NCBI RefSeq assembly: GCF_000223395.1
Contig: NC_015931.1
Coordinates: 660,001 to 692,000 of the forward strand
Direction of reading: 5' to 3'
From: Pyrolobus fumarii 1A
GTDB lineage: Archaea > Thermoproteota > Thermoprotei_A > Sulfolobales > Pyrodictiaceae
DNA: 32,000 nt
Shown in pieces: positions 8,620 to 15,899 of the stretch (position 1 is the first letter of the stretch; every line of letters begins with the position of its first letter). Both the position numbers and the translations under genes were made by a program. The notes below the pieces were generated by a model. It was given only the letters and a program-made list of their open reading frames with translations. It did not search any database and was not told the origin of the DNA.

Positions 8620-9204
8620 TTACTCCTCGGTCTCGGGTATCGAGGGCAACTCGAACACTATCTTCTCGTAGCCGCCTATGCGTTTACCCCTCCTACCGTA
8701 TATCGCGAGAACCCCCGTCTCTGTAATCTCCCATTCCTCGCCATCCATGTCGACCTCTAGAATCTTGGTGCCCGGGGGGAACATCCAATAGGCTACATAG
8801 TCGTACTCTACGGTCTCCGACTCGTACCTGTTCTCGTATACGTTCACACCGGGTTTGAGGGGAGCCGCGAACCTGACCCCAAAGACGATTAGGGGGCTCG
8901 TCTTCCGGCCGCGAAAAGTAATGTCAACCAGGACGACCTTGGGTCGGACTCGTTTACCGTTCACTATAACCTCCTCCTGGTCTATAAAACTCTGCATGTT
9001 GTAATGCAGCTTTGCAACCTCTTCTTCGAGTAGCCGGCGGTTCCGTAGAACAGCATCATAGTAGCCAAGAGGGTCGTAGTACTCGAAGAGGAGGTAGTAC
9101 GTTATGACCCGGTAGCCTACAGTGAACACACCCTCCGCGTGGACGGGGCGCACCTGCTCGGAAGCTTCGCGTAGGAACTCCTCACGTGGCCTCAGGCGTA
9201 CCAA
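8620..9204 (-). CDS. hypothetical protein
   Basis: 194-aa ORF with ordinary, non-low-complexity composition (Y/E/V/R-rich, probably beta-rich). TTG start. No motif I recognise. Confidence 0.55.
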   Translation of the reverse strand: MVRLRPREEFLREASEQVRPVHAEGVFTVGYRVITYYLLFEYYDPLGYYDAVLRNRRLLEEEVAKLHYNMQSFIDQEEVIVNGKRVRPKVVLVDITFRGRKTSPLIVFGVRFAAPLKPGVNVYENRYESETVEYDYVAYWMFPPGTKILEVDMDGEEWEITETGVLAIYGRRGKRIGGYEKIVFELPSIPETEE

Positions 9205-9226
9205 GTAGCCGACCCTATCTTACCTA

Positions 9227-9284
9227 TCAGCCAGGCCCATTATCACCATTGGCTGTAAGCCTCGGCCCCGGAAGTTCTCATCAT
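9227..9284 (-). ncRNA. C/D box sRNA candidate (58 nt)
   Basis: Minus strand parses as ATGATGA (C) / GAACTTCCGGGG (12 nt) / CCGA (D') / GGCTTACAGCCA (spacer, can fold as GGCT-TAC-AGCC) / ATGGTGA (C') / TAATGGGCCTGG (12 nt) / CTGA (D). Intergenic, between the ABC ATPase gene and the 194-aa gene. Confidence 0.7.
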
Positions 9285-9288
9285 GTTG

Positions 9289-9331
9289 AAAAGGGAGGGG
9301 CTCGGGACCGGCCCCTTCTCTTCACCGGTCC
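9289..9331 (-). terminator. hairpin plus T4 tract after the ABC ATPase gene
   Basis: Minus strand reads GGACCGG-13 nt-CCGGTCC (7-bp stem, plus-strand coordinates 9305-9311 / 9325-9331), 17 nt after the stop. It is followed by CCCTCCCTTTTC. Confidence 0.35.
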
Positions 9332-9347
9332 GCATTGGGGGTTCTCG

Positions 9348-10142
9348 TCACCGCCCCTTGCGGACAACATAGTGGCTGTCGCATATGTGTACGTGACGCT
9401 CAATTATCAGCGCAACATCGCCATATACCCTCTTCAGCACCTCGACACGCAAAACTTCATCCGGGTGTCCTGTTGCTACAACCCTCCGGTTGAGCAGCAC
9501 GACGCCCTTGGTATACTCGAGGAGCAGGGCTGGGTCATGACTAGCTACTATTACGAGCCTATCCTTGCTAAGCTCTCCTATCACGCGGGCCAACTCTACT
9601 CTACCACGCGGATCTACAGCTGAGAGAGGCTCGTCCATGAGTAGGATAGGCGGGTTGTGAACCAAAGCCCTGGCTATGAGCACCCTCTGCAGCTGCCCAC
9701 CACTAAGCTCGGATACGCTCTTATGCCAAGAGTCTCGAGGCAAACCAACCTCGTCTAGAACCTTCTCCACGTGCTCACGTACCCATCGCGGCGTCTTCAC
9801 TCTGGGCCACGGCCTCCGAAGCAACAGCGCTGAAGCCACTAGGTCGAACGGCGTGACGGGGAAGTCAAAGTGACCCACGTGCTCGTGTTGCGGCACGTAA
9901 CCAATGTACTTGCCGGCTAGCTCCGGCTTACCCTCGACACGCACACCGTTTATCAGAACCTCGCCCTCACTAGGCTTGATCAGCCCAACTATCACACGGA
10001 TTAACGTGCTCTTGCCTGCACCGTTAGGCCCGAGGAGCTGGTATAGCCCCGGCCCCTCAAACACAAGCCTATCAACATCAAGCACCGTGTCTCCGCGATA
10101 GGCGACTTTGACCCCATGAACCTCTACCCTAGTGTTACTCAC
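9348..10142 (-). CDS. ABC transporter ATP-binding protein, metal (ZnuC/MntB/TroB)-type; no permease or binding protein adjacent
   Basis: Walker A GPNGAGKSTL, IGYVPQ, signature LSGGQLQRVLIARAL, Walker B LLMDEPLSAVD. I prefer GTG at 10142 (MSNTRVEVHGVKVAY) over the ORF-track TTG at 10175. Confidence 0.88.
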   Translation of the reverse strand: MSNTRVEVHGVKVAYRGDTVLDVDRLVFEGPGLYQLLGPNGAGKSTLIRVIVGLIKPSEGEVLINGVRVEGKPELAGKYIGYVPQHEHVGHFDFPVTPFDLVASALLLRRPWPRVKTPRWVREHVEKVLDEVGLPRDSWHKSVSELSGGQLQRVLIARALVHNPPILLMDEPLSAVDPRGRVELARVIGELSKDRLVIVASHDPALLLEYTKGVVLLNRRVVATGHPDEVLRVEVLKRVYGDVALIIERHVHICDSHYVVRKGR

Positions 10143-10160
10143 GCTACTACCTACCCAACT

Positions 10161-10198
10161 GTGCACACAGTGCAACCAACCCTATAAAACACGTGCAC
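10161..10198 (-). promoter_or_regulatory. TATA box (10181-10190) flanked by two GTGCAC palindromes
   Basis: Minus strand reads GTTTTATAGG about 40-45 nt upstream of GTG 10142. GTGCAC occurs at 10161-10166 and 10193-10198 on either side, and the first is part of the 8-nt palindrome TGTGCACA. Confidence 0.4.
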
Positions 10199-10207
10199 AT
10201 AAGGAAC

Positions 10208-11014
10208 TTATCCCAACCCGAGCCTCGACAATATGCGCCGCGTTCTTCTCTCGACCCTAGTACCCTCGACGACCAGCGTTGCAGGCTCACGAGGAACTAC
10301 ACTACTAGCTCGTAGCTTCTCAGCAGCCACTCTAGCCTCTACCGTGACGCCACCGATACACTGGAGGCCCACGGCCTCACTCTCCAGGAACAACGCTATC
10401 GTCTCACCAGCATCGCGATAATCGAGCACAGTTAGACGCGCATCTAGAGGCGCTTCGAGCACACGTGTCTCTATGAGCCTCTCTAGCCAGTTTAGCGGCT
10501 CGGGAGCACCTCTAGCCACACTACTATCTATGTGCAGCAGTGGCGGGTGTACGGCGACAAGCGACTCCACGCCACTAGAGAGGAGAAGCACTGCAACCGA
10601 TAACGGCACCCCATATACGCGGCTACGAGGCGCCTTAGATGGCAACGAGGAACACTTGACATGCCCGTCGCTCCATGCATACGCGCCCGCCGGGAGGCTA
10701 GCCACGAGCCTCTCGACCCCAGCCTCTATGGCGCTGACTGCGTATCCCGTCACCACCCGCTCCCAGCCGAGACAAGAGCCGGCATCCCAGGGATCCCAGA
10801 GCAGGGCGAAGATGTCACATCGTTTTAGTATGCGACGCAATGGCTTCGAGTCCGGCGGCGCATCCACAAGCCTGTAGCGAGCCTCTATAGGCTCTCGGAG
10901 TATCTCACCACATCGCCCATAGTCGTCTAGTATAGTAACGTCGTGGCCCAACGCCGCCAGGACATCAGCAACAGCCAGACTCAACGCCCCGAGAGGCGCT
11001 AGACAGACCCTCAC
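10208..11014 (-). CDS. hypothetical protein (possibly a degenerate Rossmann/SDR-like fold)
   Basis: 268-aa ORF. N-terminal MRVCLAPLGALSLAVADVLAALGHDVTILDD looks like a beta-alpha-beta nucleotide-binding start but lacks a GxxGxxG motif. No firm family assignment. Confidence 0.5.
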   Translation of the reverse strand: MRVCLAPLGALSLAVADVLAALGHDVTILDDYGRCGEILREPIEARYRLVDAPPDSKPLRRILKRCDIFALLWDPWDAGSCLGWERVVTGYAVSAIEAGVERLVASLPAGAYAWSDGHVKCSSLPSKAPRSRVYGVPLSVAVLLLSSGVESLVAVHPPLLHIDSSVARGAPEPLNWLERLIETRVLEAPLDARLTVLDYRDAGETIALFLESEAVGLQCIGGVTVEARVAAEKLRASSVVPREPATLVVEGTRVERRTRRILSRLGLG

Positions 11015-11034
11015 TAGGCTCCCCCGCTATACGC

Positions 11035-11466
11035 TTAGACGCGAATATCATCCGGGAAGAAGCTAGGCTTCTCAACTATGTCGATAATAGGCACGGTAAC
11101 CCAACCTGGCTTAGCAGTCTCGGATAGCATAACATGCTCGCCCTGCTCGTCAACCTTTACAAGCAGATAGTGCTTCTTACGCTCGTCATCACTGGCTTCG
11201 CGCGTGCAATAGTAGAGTATCGGGAGACCGTACAAGTCATAATAGTCGCGGAGCAGCGCCACCAGACCGTACACTAGCTTCCCGCCACTCTCAAAGCGTA
11301 TCAGGTAAGCCGTCTGGCCCAGTGTCACAATGCTAGCCGCCATCCTCGCAAGGTCGTTGAGCGACGAGACGCGCACCGGGACGAGCTTCTCGCGCAGGCC
11401 TATCTTCTCGGCCAAAACTATACCACCAGTTGTTGGGGGCAGTGCCTTCGGGGGAAAAGTCAGCAC
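11035..11466 (-). CDS. hypothetical protein, 1 nt downstream of livF
   Basis: 143-aa ORF with normal composition. GTG start 1 nt after the livF stop. No recognisable motif. Confidence 0.55.
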   Translation of the reverse strand: MLTFPPKALPPTTGGIVLAEKIGLREKLVPVRVSSLNDLARMAASIVTLGQTAYLIRFESGGKLVYGLVALLRDYYDLYGLPILYYCTREASDDERKKHYLLVKVDEQGEHVMLSETAKPGWVTVPIIDIVEKPSFFPDDIRV

Positions 11467-11467
11467 C

Positions 11468-12265
11468 TTACTTGAGCAGACCTAGGTATAGCTTGCCTAG
11501 CTCGGGATGCGCAAGTATCTCCTTGGTCGTGCCCTCGTACGCGACCTTACCCTGCACAAGGATATACCCACGGTCGCCGATCTCTAGTGCTCTTTTCGCG
11601 TTCTGCTCTACGAGAAGAACTGTCAACCCACTATCAGCAATCTTCCTCACAATCTCTAGCACCTCCTCGGCGACACGAGGCGCTAGCGCCGCGGTAGGCT
11701 CGTCTAGCAGGAGTACCCGAGGCTCAGTGAGCAGAGCCTTGGCTATGGCTAGCATCTGTCTCTCGCCGCCAGAGAGAGTCCCAGCCCTCTGCTTCAGCCT
11801 CTCACGAAGCCGAGGGAACATCTCAAGAATCTCCTCTAGCTTCTTGCGGAAAGCCCTCTGGGGGTCACGCATCGCCTCTTTGCCAAGCTCACCGCGCTTC
11901 GCACGCACGCTAAACACTAGCCAAGATAGCTTCAGGTTCTCCTCTACAGTTAGGCTTGCAAAGACATTCCCAGTTTGGAACACATAGGCGAGCCCAAGGT
12001 ATGGCTTCTTGTTGGGAGGCACTCGTGTCACGTCACGAGACCCTACTATTATCCTGCCACGATAGATCTTGGTAAACCCGAATATCGTCTTGAGCAACGT
12101 TGACTTACCGCTACCGTTCGGCCCCACTATCACCACAAGCTCGCCAGGGTTGGCATAGAGGTTCACGCCGTGGAGTATCTCTAGCTTACCATAGCCGGCA
12201 TACACGTCCTGCACGCGCACCGGCAGCCCACGAGCAGCACCATCCATACGCTCGCCCATGCGCAC
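11468..12265 (-). CDS. livF: branched-chain amino acid ABC transporter ATP-binding protein LivF
   Basis: Walker A GPNGSGKSTLLKTI, MFPRLRERLKQRAGTLSGGERQMLAIAKAL (compare E. coli LivF LFPRLHERRIQRAGTMSGGEQQML), LLLDEPTAALAP. Confidence 0.92.
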   Translation of the reverse strand: MRMGERMDGAARGLPVRVQDVYAGYGKLEILHGVNLYANPGELVVIVGPNGSGKSTLLKTIFGFTKIYRGRIIVGSRDVTRVPPNKKPYLGLAYVFQTGNVFASLTVEENLKLSWLVFSVRAKRGELGKEAMRDPQRAFRKKLEEILEMFPRLRERLKQRAGTLSGGERQMLAIAKALLTEPRVLLLDEPTAALAPRVAEEVLEIVRKIADSGLTVLLVEQNAKRALEIGDRGYILVQGKVAYEGTTKEILAHPELGKLYLGLLK

Positions 12266-12567
12266 CCGGTTAACGCTCCCACCCTAATCTACCCAGCTCT
12301 AATGTTCGGCGACTATCTAACCCAGGGAGTGTACAAGGCCCATACTACCAGATACGAGACGAGAGCAGCACAAACACTAGGCGCTAGAGAGCCGACTCTT
12401 CTCTTAACATAGTAGTTACGATGCTCGACACACTGTCTATCAAAATATGTGTATGTTTCGAACGCCTCTCTACGCCGCCATAATCATTGATGTGTTTTGT
12501 GGAGGTGCGAGGCACGCTGTGACAGAAGTGCATAGGATGTTCGTTCCAATGTTCTCCTCGTGGTGGC

Positions 12568-13431
12568 TTAACCTCCAAGGTATATCTCTGCTACAAGTGG
12601 GTTCTCGGCAACCTCGGCTGGCTTGCCCTCCGCGATTATCCTACCCTGGTGCATCACATAGACATAGTCAACATAATCGAATAGTATTTCTAGGCGATGC
12701 TCTATTATGAGGAACGTTATGCCCTTCTCCTCGCGTAGCCTTACGATACCCTCGAATATCTGCCTGGCGAGCGTCGGGTTTACGCCCGCCGCGGGCTCGT
12801 CGAGAAGCAGCATCTTAGGCTCGCCCATGAGCGCCCTGCCTAGCTCCGCGAGCTTCATCTGGCCGCCGCTTATAGCGTCAGCCATGTTACCAGCTACTGG
12901 ACTCAAACCAACAAACGCTATGGTGTCAAGAGCCTTCTCGCCAGTCTTCAGCTCGAAGGGTACCCACCTGGACCATAGGATGGCGTTGCGCAGCATCTCG
13001 CCAGGATGGCCCTTGACACCGCCCGCAACGTTCTCAAAGACGGTGAGGCTTCTCCACAACCTCGGCGTCTGGAAGGTGCGCACAAGCCCAAGCTTGTATA
13101 TCTCGTGCGGCGAGAGTCCATCTATTCTCCTTCCGTCGAACCATACCTGACCAGCATCCGGCTTGTAGTAACCAGCAATCACGTTGAACAGCGTTGTCTT
13201 CCCCGAACCATTTGGCCCGATGAGCCCCACTATAGAGCCTCTCTCGACGCGCAATGTTACACCATCAACAGCCCTAACTCCGCCAAAGTACTTCTTGACG
13301 TTCTCAACACAGAGAATGTACTTACTTGTGTCGCAGGGCGCAGCCCCACCGCCAACCTGTTGCTGCAACCCAAGCCTCGCTAGAATGGACGCTAGTCTCA
13401 CGCATCCACCCGGGTGACAAGAACGCGCCAC
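12568..13431 (-). CDS. livG: branched-chain amino acid ABC transporter ATP-binding protein LivG
   Basis: VENVKKYFGGVRAVDGV, GPNGSGKTTLFNVIAGYYKPDAG, ISGGQMKLAELGRAL, LLLDEPAAGVNP. The start is uncertain: GTG 13431 in the ORF track, with in-frame GTG 13401 or TTG 13368 also possible. Confidence 0.92.
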   Translation of the reverse strand: MARSCHPGGCVRLASILARLGLQQQVGGGAAPCDTSKYILCVENVKKYFGGVRAVDGVTLRVERGSIVGLIGPNGSGKTTLFNVIAGYYKPDAGQVWFDGRRIDGLSPHEIYKLGLVRTFQTPRLWRSLTVFENVAGGVKGHPGEMLRNAILWSRWVPFELKTGEKALDTIAFVGLSPVAGNMADAISGGQMKLAELGRALMGEPKMLLLDEPAAGVNPTLARQIFEGIVRLREEKGITFLIIEHRLEILFDYVDYVYVMHQGRIIAEGKPAEVAENPLVAEIYLGG

Positions 13432-13439
13432 ACACCCCG

Positions 13440-13447
13440 TATAAAAA
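13440..13447 (+). promoter_or_regulatory. TATA box positioned for the plus-strand C/D sRNA (could also serve an internal livG promoter on the other strand)
   Basis: TATAAAAA is centred about 27 nt upstream of G13471, the first nucleotide of the GGG...CCC terminal stem of the sRNA. Confidence 0.55.
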
Positions 13448-13470
13448 CGGAGGCGTGGCTAACCACCAAG

Positions 13471-13525
13471 GGGCTGATGACGTACTTTTCAGCCGACGCG
13501 TGAGGACCGCTTGCCGCGCTGACCC
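13471..13525 (+). ncRNA. C/D box sRNA candidate (55 nt), antisense to the livM 3' end
   Basis: Parses as GGG / CTGATGA (C) / CGTACTTTTCAG (12 nt) / CCGA (D') / CGC / GTGAGGA (C') / CCGCTTGCCGCG (12 nt) / CTGA (D) / CCC. The GGG and CCC flanks form a 3-bp G-C terminal stem. It has its own TATA box at the correct distance. Confidence 0.8.
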
Positions 13526-14751
13526 GCCTTTCCAAAGATCCTCGCTATCCTAGCGTAGAACGGCTGTAGGAACTCTGGCGTGACGCCAGTCCTCTCGACA
13601 AACACACGCCATATTGGCGTCTTGACCGGCTTCTCCGGGATTATACCTTGTGGCCTAAAGAACAGTATGAGCACCAGTATGACGCCTACCAGCATGTTGG
13701 CTACAAGACCCTGAATACCCTGTGCAATGTCGAGGGGCAGGCCCATACCCTGGAGTATGTACGACACTAGCACTTGCGACGCGTTGTAGAAGAAGTCGAA
13801 CGCGATGACGCCGATAACCGCGCCTATATTGTTGCCGACGCCGCCGAGCAGCAGCATAGCTATCCAGAGGAAGGTGAAGTCTATCCTGTAGTAGTCTGGG
13901 TGTATGCTACCGACATACACTAGCACGTAGAGTACGCCGCCTAGAGCCGCCCAGACGCTAGAGAGCATTATGACCGTTAGCCTCGTGCGCGCCGCGTCTT
14001 TGCCCATGGCCTCTGCGGCAGCCTCATCGTCGCGTATCGCGCGGAGCATACGCCCGAACGGCGTGTTTAGCAGCCTTTCAGCCAGGAGTATGGATAGTAG
14101 CGCAGCTACACCTACTACTGCGAGCCTGGCGTAGCCAGCATAGTCGCCGAAGATAGTTGTGAAGGCACCGGTTTGTATCAGTATGCCGAAGGTGCCACCC
14201 ATTAGCAGTGGGAAGTACGTGTATAACATCCATAGCAGGAAGCTAGTCATCAACAGTACTATTGCGAGGTAGTCTTCACGCAGACGGACTATTGGGTAGG
14301 ATACTATCAGCGCGAATATGGCACCAAGGGCTACAGCCGCTAGCAACGAGAGTCCAAGCAACAGGAAGTAGTACTGCGGGTACATCTGGAATAGTGGAAC
14401 GACATGCTGCGTGATCATCAATACGTAATAGTAGTCGCCGGGTGCACGACCCTGCCTCAGTATCTCCTCTATCGCCTTGGCGTGCTCCGCCGCCTCGGGC
14501 GGGACACCAGGCTGGTTTGCGAGACCAGCCAGCATCGGCACGATGATATAGTTTAGGACGAGGGCTGCTGCGAGACCCCCCATAGAGACGAACGCCACTT
14601 TACCGAAGTTTGGTATGCCAGTCCAGCCATACTCTAGGTTCAGCGACAACACTATGATAGTGAAAACTGCTACCTCGATCCAGAAGGCGACGCTAGTGAA
14701 TATCGACAACACCTGCCACAACACTTCCAGCATTACCGGCCCGCCCTCCAC
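13489..14751 (-). CDS. livM: branched-chain amino acid ABC transporter permease LivM
   Basis: 420 aa, polytopic membrane protein. Position between livH and livG. The GGVGNNIGAVIG-type C-terminal region is typical of LivM. Confidence 0.88.
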   Translation of the reverse strand: MEGGPVMLEVLWQVLSIFTSVAFWIEVAVFTIIVLSLNLEYGWTGIPNFGKVAFVSMGGLAAALVLNYIIVPMLAGLANQPGVPPEAAEHAKAIEEILRQGRAPGDYYYVLMITQHVVPLFQMYPQYYFLLLGLSLLAAVALGAIFALIVSYPIVRLREDYLAIVLLMTSFLLWMLYTYFPLLMGGTFGILIQTGAFTTIFGDYAGYARLAVVGVAALLSILLAERLLNTPFGRMLRAIRDDEAAAEAMGKDAARTRLTVIMLSSVWAALGGVLYVLVYVGSIHPDYYRIDFTFLWIAMLLLGGVGNNIGAVIGVIAFDFFYNASQVLVSYILQGMGLPLDIAQGIQGLVANMLVGVILVLILFFRPQGIIPEKPVKTPIWRVFVERTGVTPEFLQPFYARIARIFGKAGQRGKRSSRVG

Positions 14752-14769
14752 CCACCGTCAAAACTAGCA

Positions 14770-15813
14770 TTATAAGCCTGCACGCTCATAGCGCCACCTC
14801 TTCCAAGCCTCTTCTAGCCTAAACCACAACCTCTGCAGGTGCGGCGAGAGACCCTCCGGCATCACCATTAGCGACACTATAACGACAACTAGTGGCACCA
14901 TGTATCCAAGGCCAACGTCGACTGGCAACCCCAGGCTCTTCAATGTCGGGATGAGTATCTCGCTAACCGGGTAGTACGCCAGAGATATTATGTACGCTGC
15001 TATCATCGCGCTGAACACGCTACCGAGACCACCTAGAGTCACGGATGCGAAGACGAACGCTAGCAACAACCAGCCAGACTCCATGGGGTGTGTTGCCGGT
15101 GCAGTCCAGGTGTACCATAGCACGCCGCCTAGTCCAGCCAAACCACCGCCTAGGAACCAAGCTATCAACTCGACGAGTGTAGTGTTGATGCCACTAGCCT
15201 CGGCTAGATCCGGGTTGTCTGCCACGGCACGCAGTGATACACCAATCATCGTGTACATGAAGAACAGCACCAGTAGTGATATGACCACGCCACCAACTAT
15301 CCACGGCAACACGTCATTAAGCGATAGTGCAACACCACCGATATTCACGATCGTAGGACCTACACCCGCAACAATAATTCCTGTGCCAATGCTCAACACA
15401 TACCATATGTAGAACGCGTGGCGCAGAACCAGCTCTACACCAATGCTCGCGACCATCAACTGGAGAGGGTTGGCACCACGCATCCTTAGAGGACGGAACA
15501 CGAGCATTAGAGCTGCTACAGCCACTAGCCCTGCAAAAATAAACGCGAACGCCAGCCTGGCTAGCGTCATCAATCCATCGAATCCGCTCAGGCTAGGCTG
15601 TAGAGTCTCGGGAGCTACCCTCCCGTACGCTAGTAGCGTGAGCAGGAGGTATGCCACTATTCCTGCGACAGCAAAATCGCCGTGCGCGAAGTTAGCGACC
15701 CTGCTGACAGAGTATGTTATCGACAATCCCGCTGCCATTAGGGCTAGGGCAGTGCCAAATATTAGCGCGTCTATCACGGAACCCATCAAGTCAACCAATG
15801 CCACCATAAGCAC
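14770..15813 (-). CDS. livH: branched-chain amino acid ABC transporter permease LivH
   Basis: 347 aa, polytopic. Has the ANFAHGDFAVAG motif (LivH N-F-A-H-G signature). GTG start. Confidence 0.88.
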   Translation of the reverse strand: MLMVALVDLMGSVIDALIFGTALALMAAGLSITYSVSRVANFAHGDFAVAGIVAYLLLTLLAYGRVAPETLQPSLSGFDGLMTLARLAFAFIFAGLVAVAALMLVFRPLRMRGANPLQLMVASIGVELVLRHAFYIWYVLSIGTGIIVAGVGPTIVNIGGVALSLNDVLPWIVGGVVISLLVLFFMYTMIGVSLRAVADNPDLAEASGINTTLVELIAWFLGGGLAGLGGVLWYTWTAPATHPMESGWLLLAFVFASVTLGGLGSVFSAMIAAYIISLAYYPVSEILIPTLKSLGLPVDVGLGYMVPLVVVIVSLMVMPEGLSPHLQRLWFRLEEAWKRWRYERAGL

Positions 15814-15850
15814 TTGTCCCGTGGCGATTGGTGCGAGGATGAGCTGCGGG

Positions 15851-15864
15851 AAAAACCTTCGGGT
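15851..15864 (-). terminator. small hairpin plus T5 tract between livK and livH (possible attenuating terminator)
   Basis: Minus strand reads ACC-CGAA-GGTTTTTCCC, 36 nt after the livK stop. Confidence 0.35.
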
Positions 15865-15899
15865 GTGAATAATTGTGTTAGAAATAGAAGCTGGCTACG

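Noticed and set aside
12384-12578. 64-aa ORF (TTG start; 49 aa from the first ATG) in the livG-livF spacer with several His residues.
   Set aside because: No ribosome-binding site or promoter is evident, the start is weak, it overlaps the livG 3' end and it has no recognisable motif. It is kept only as a remark under the spacer finding.
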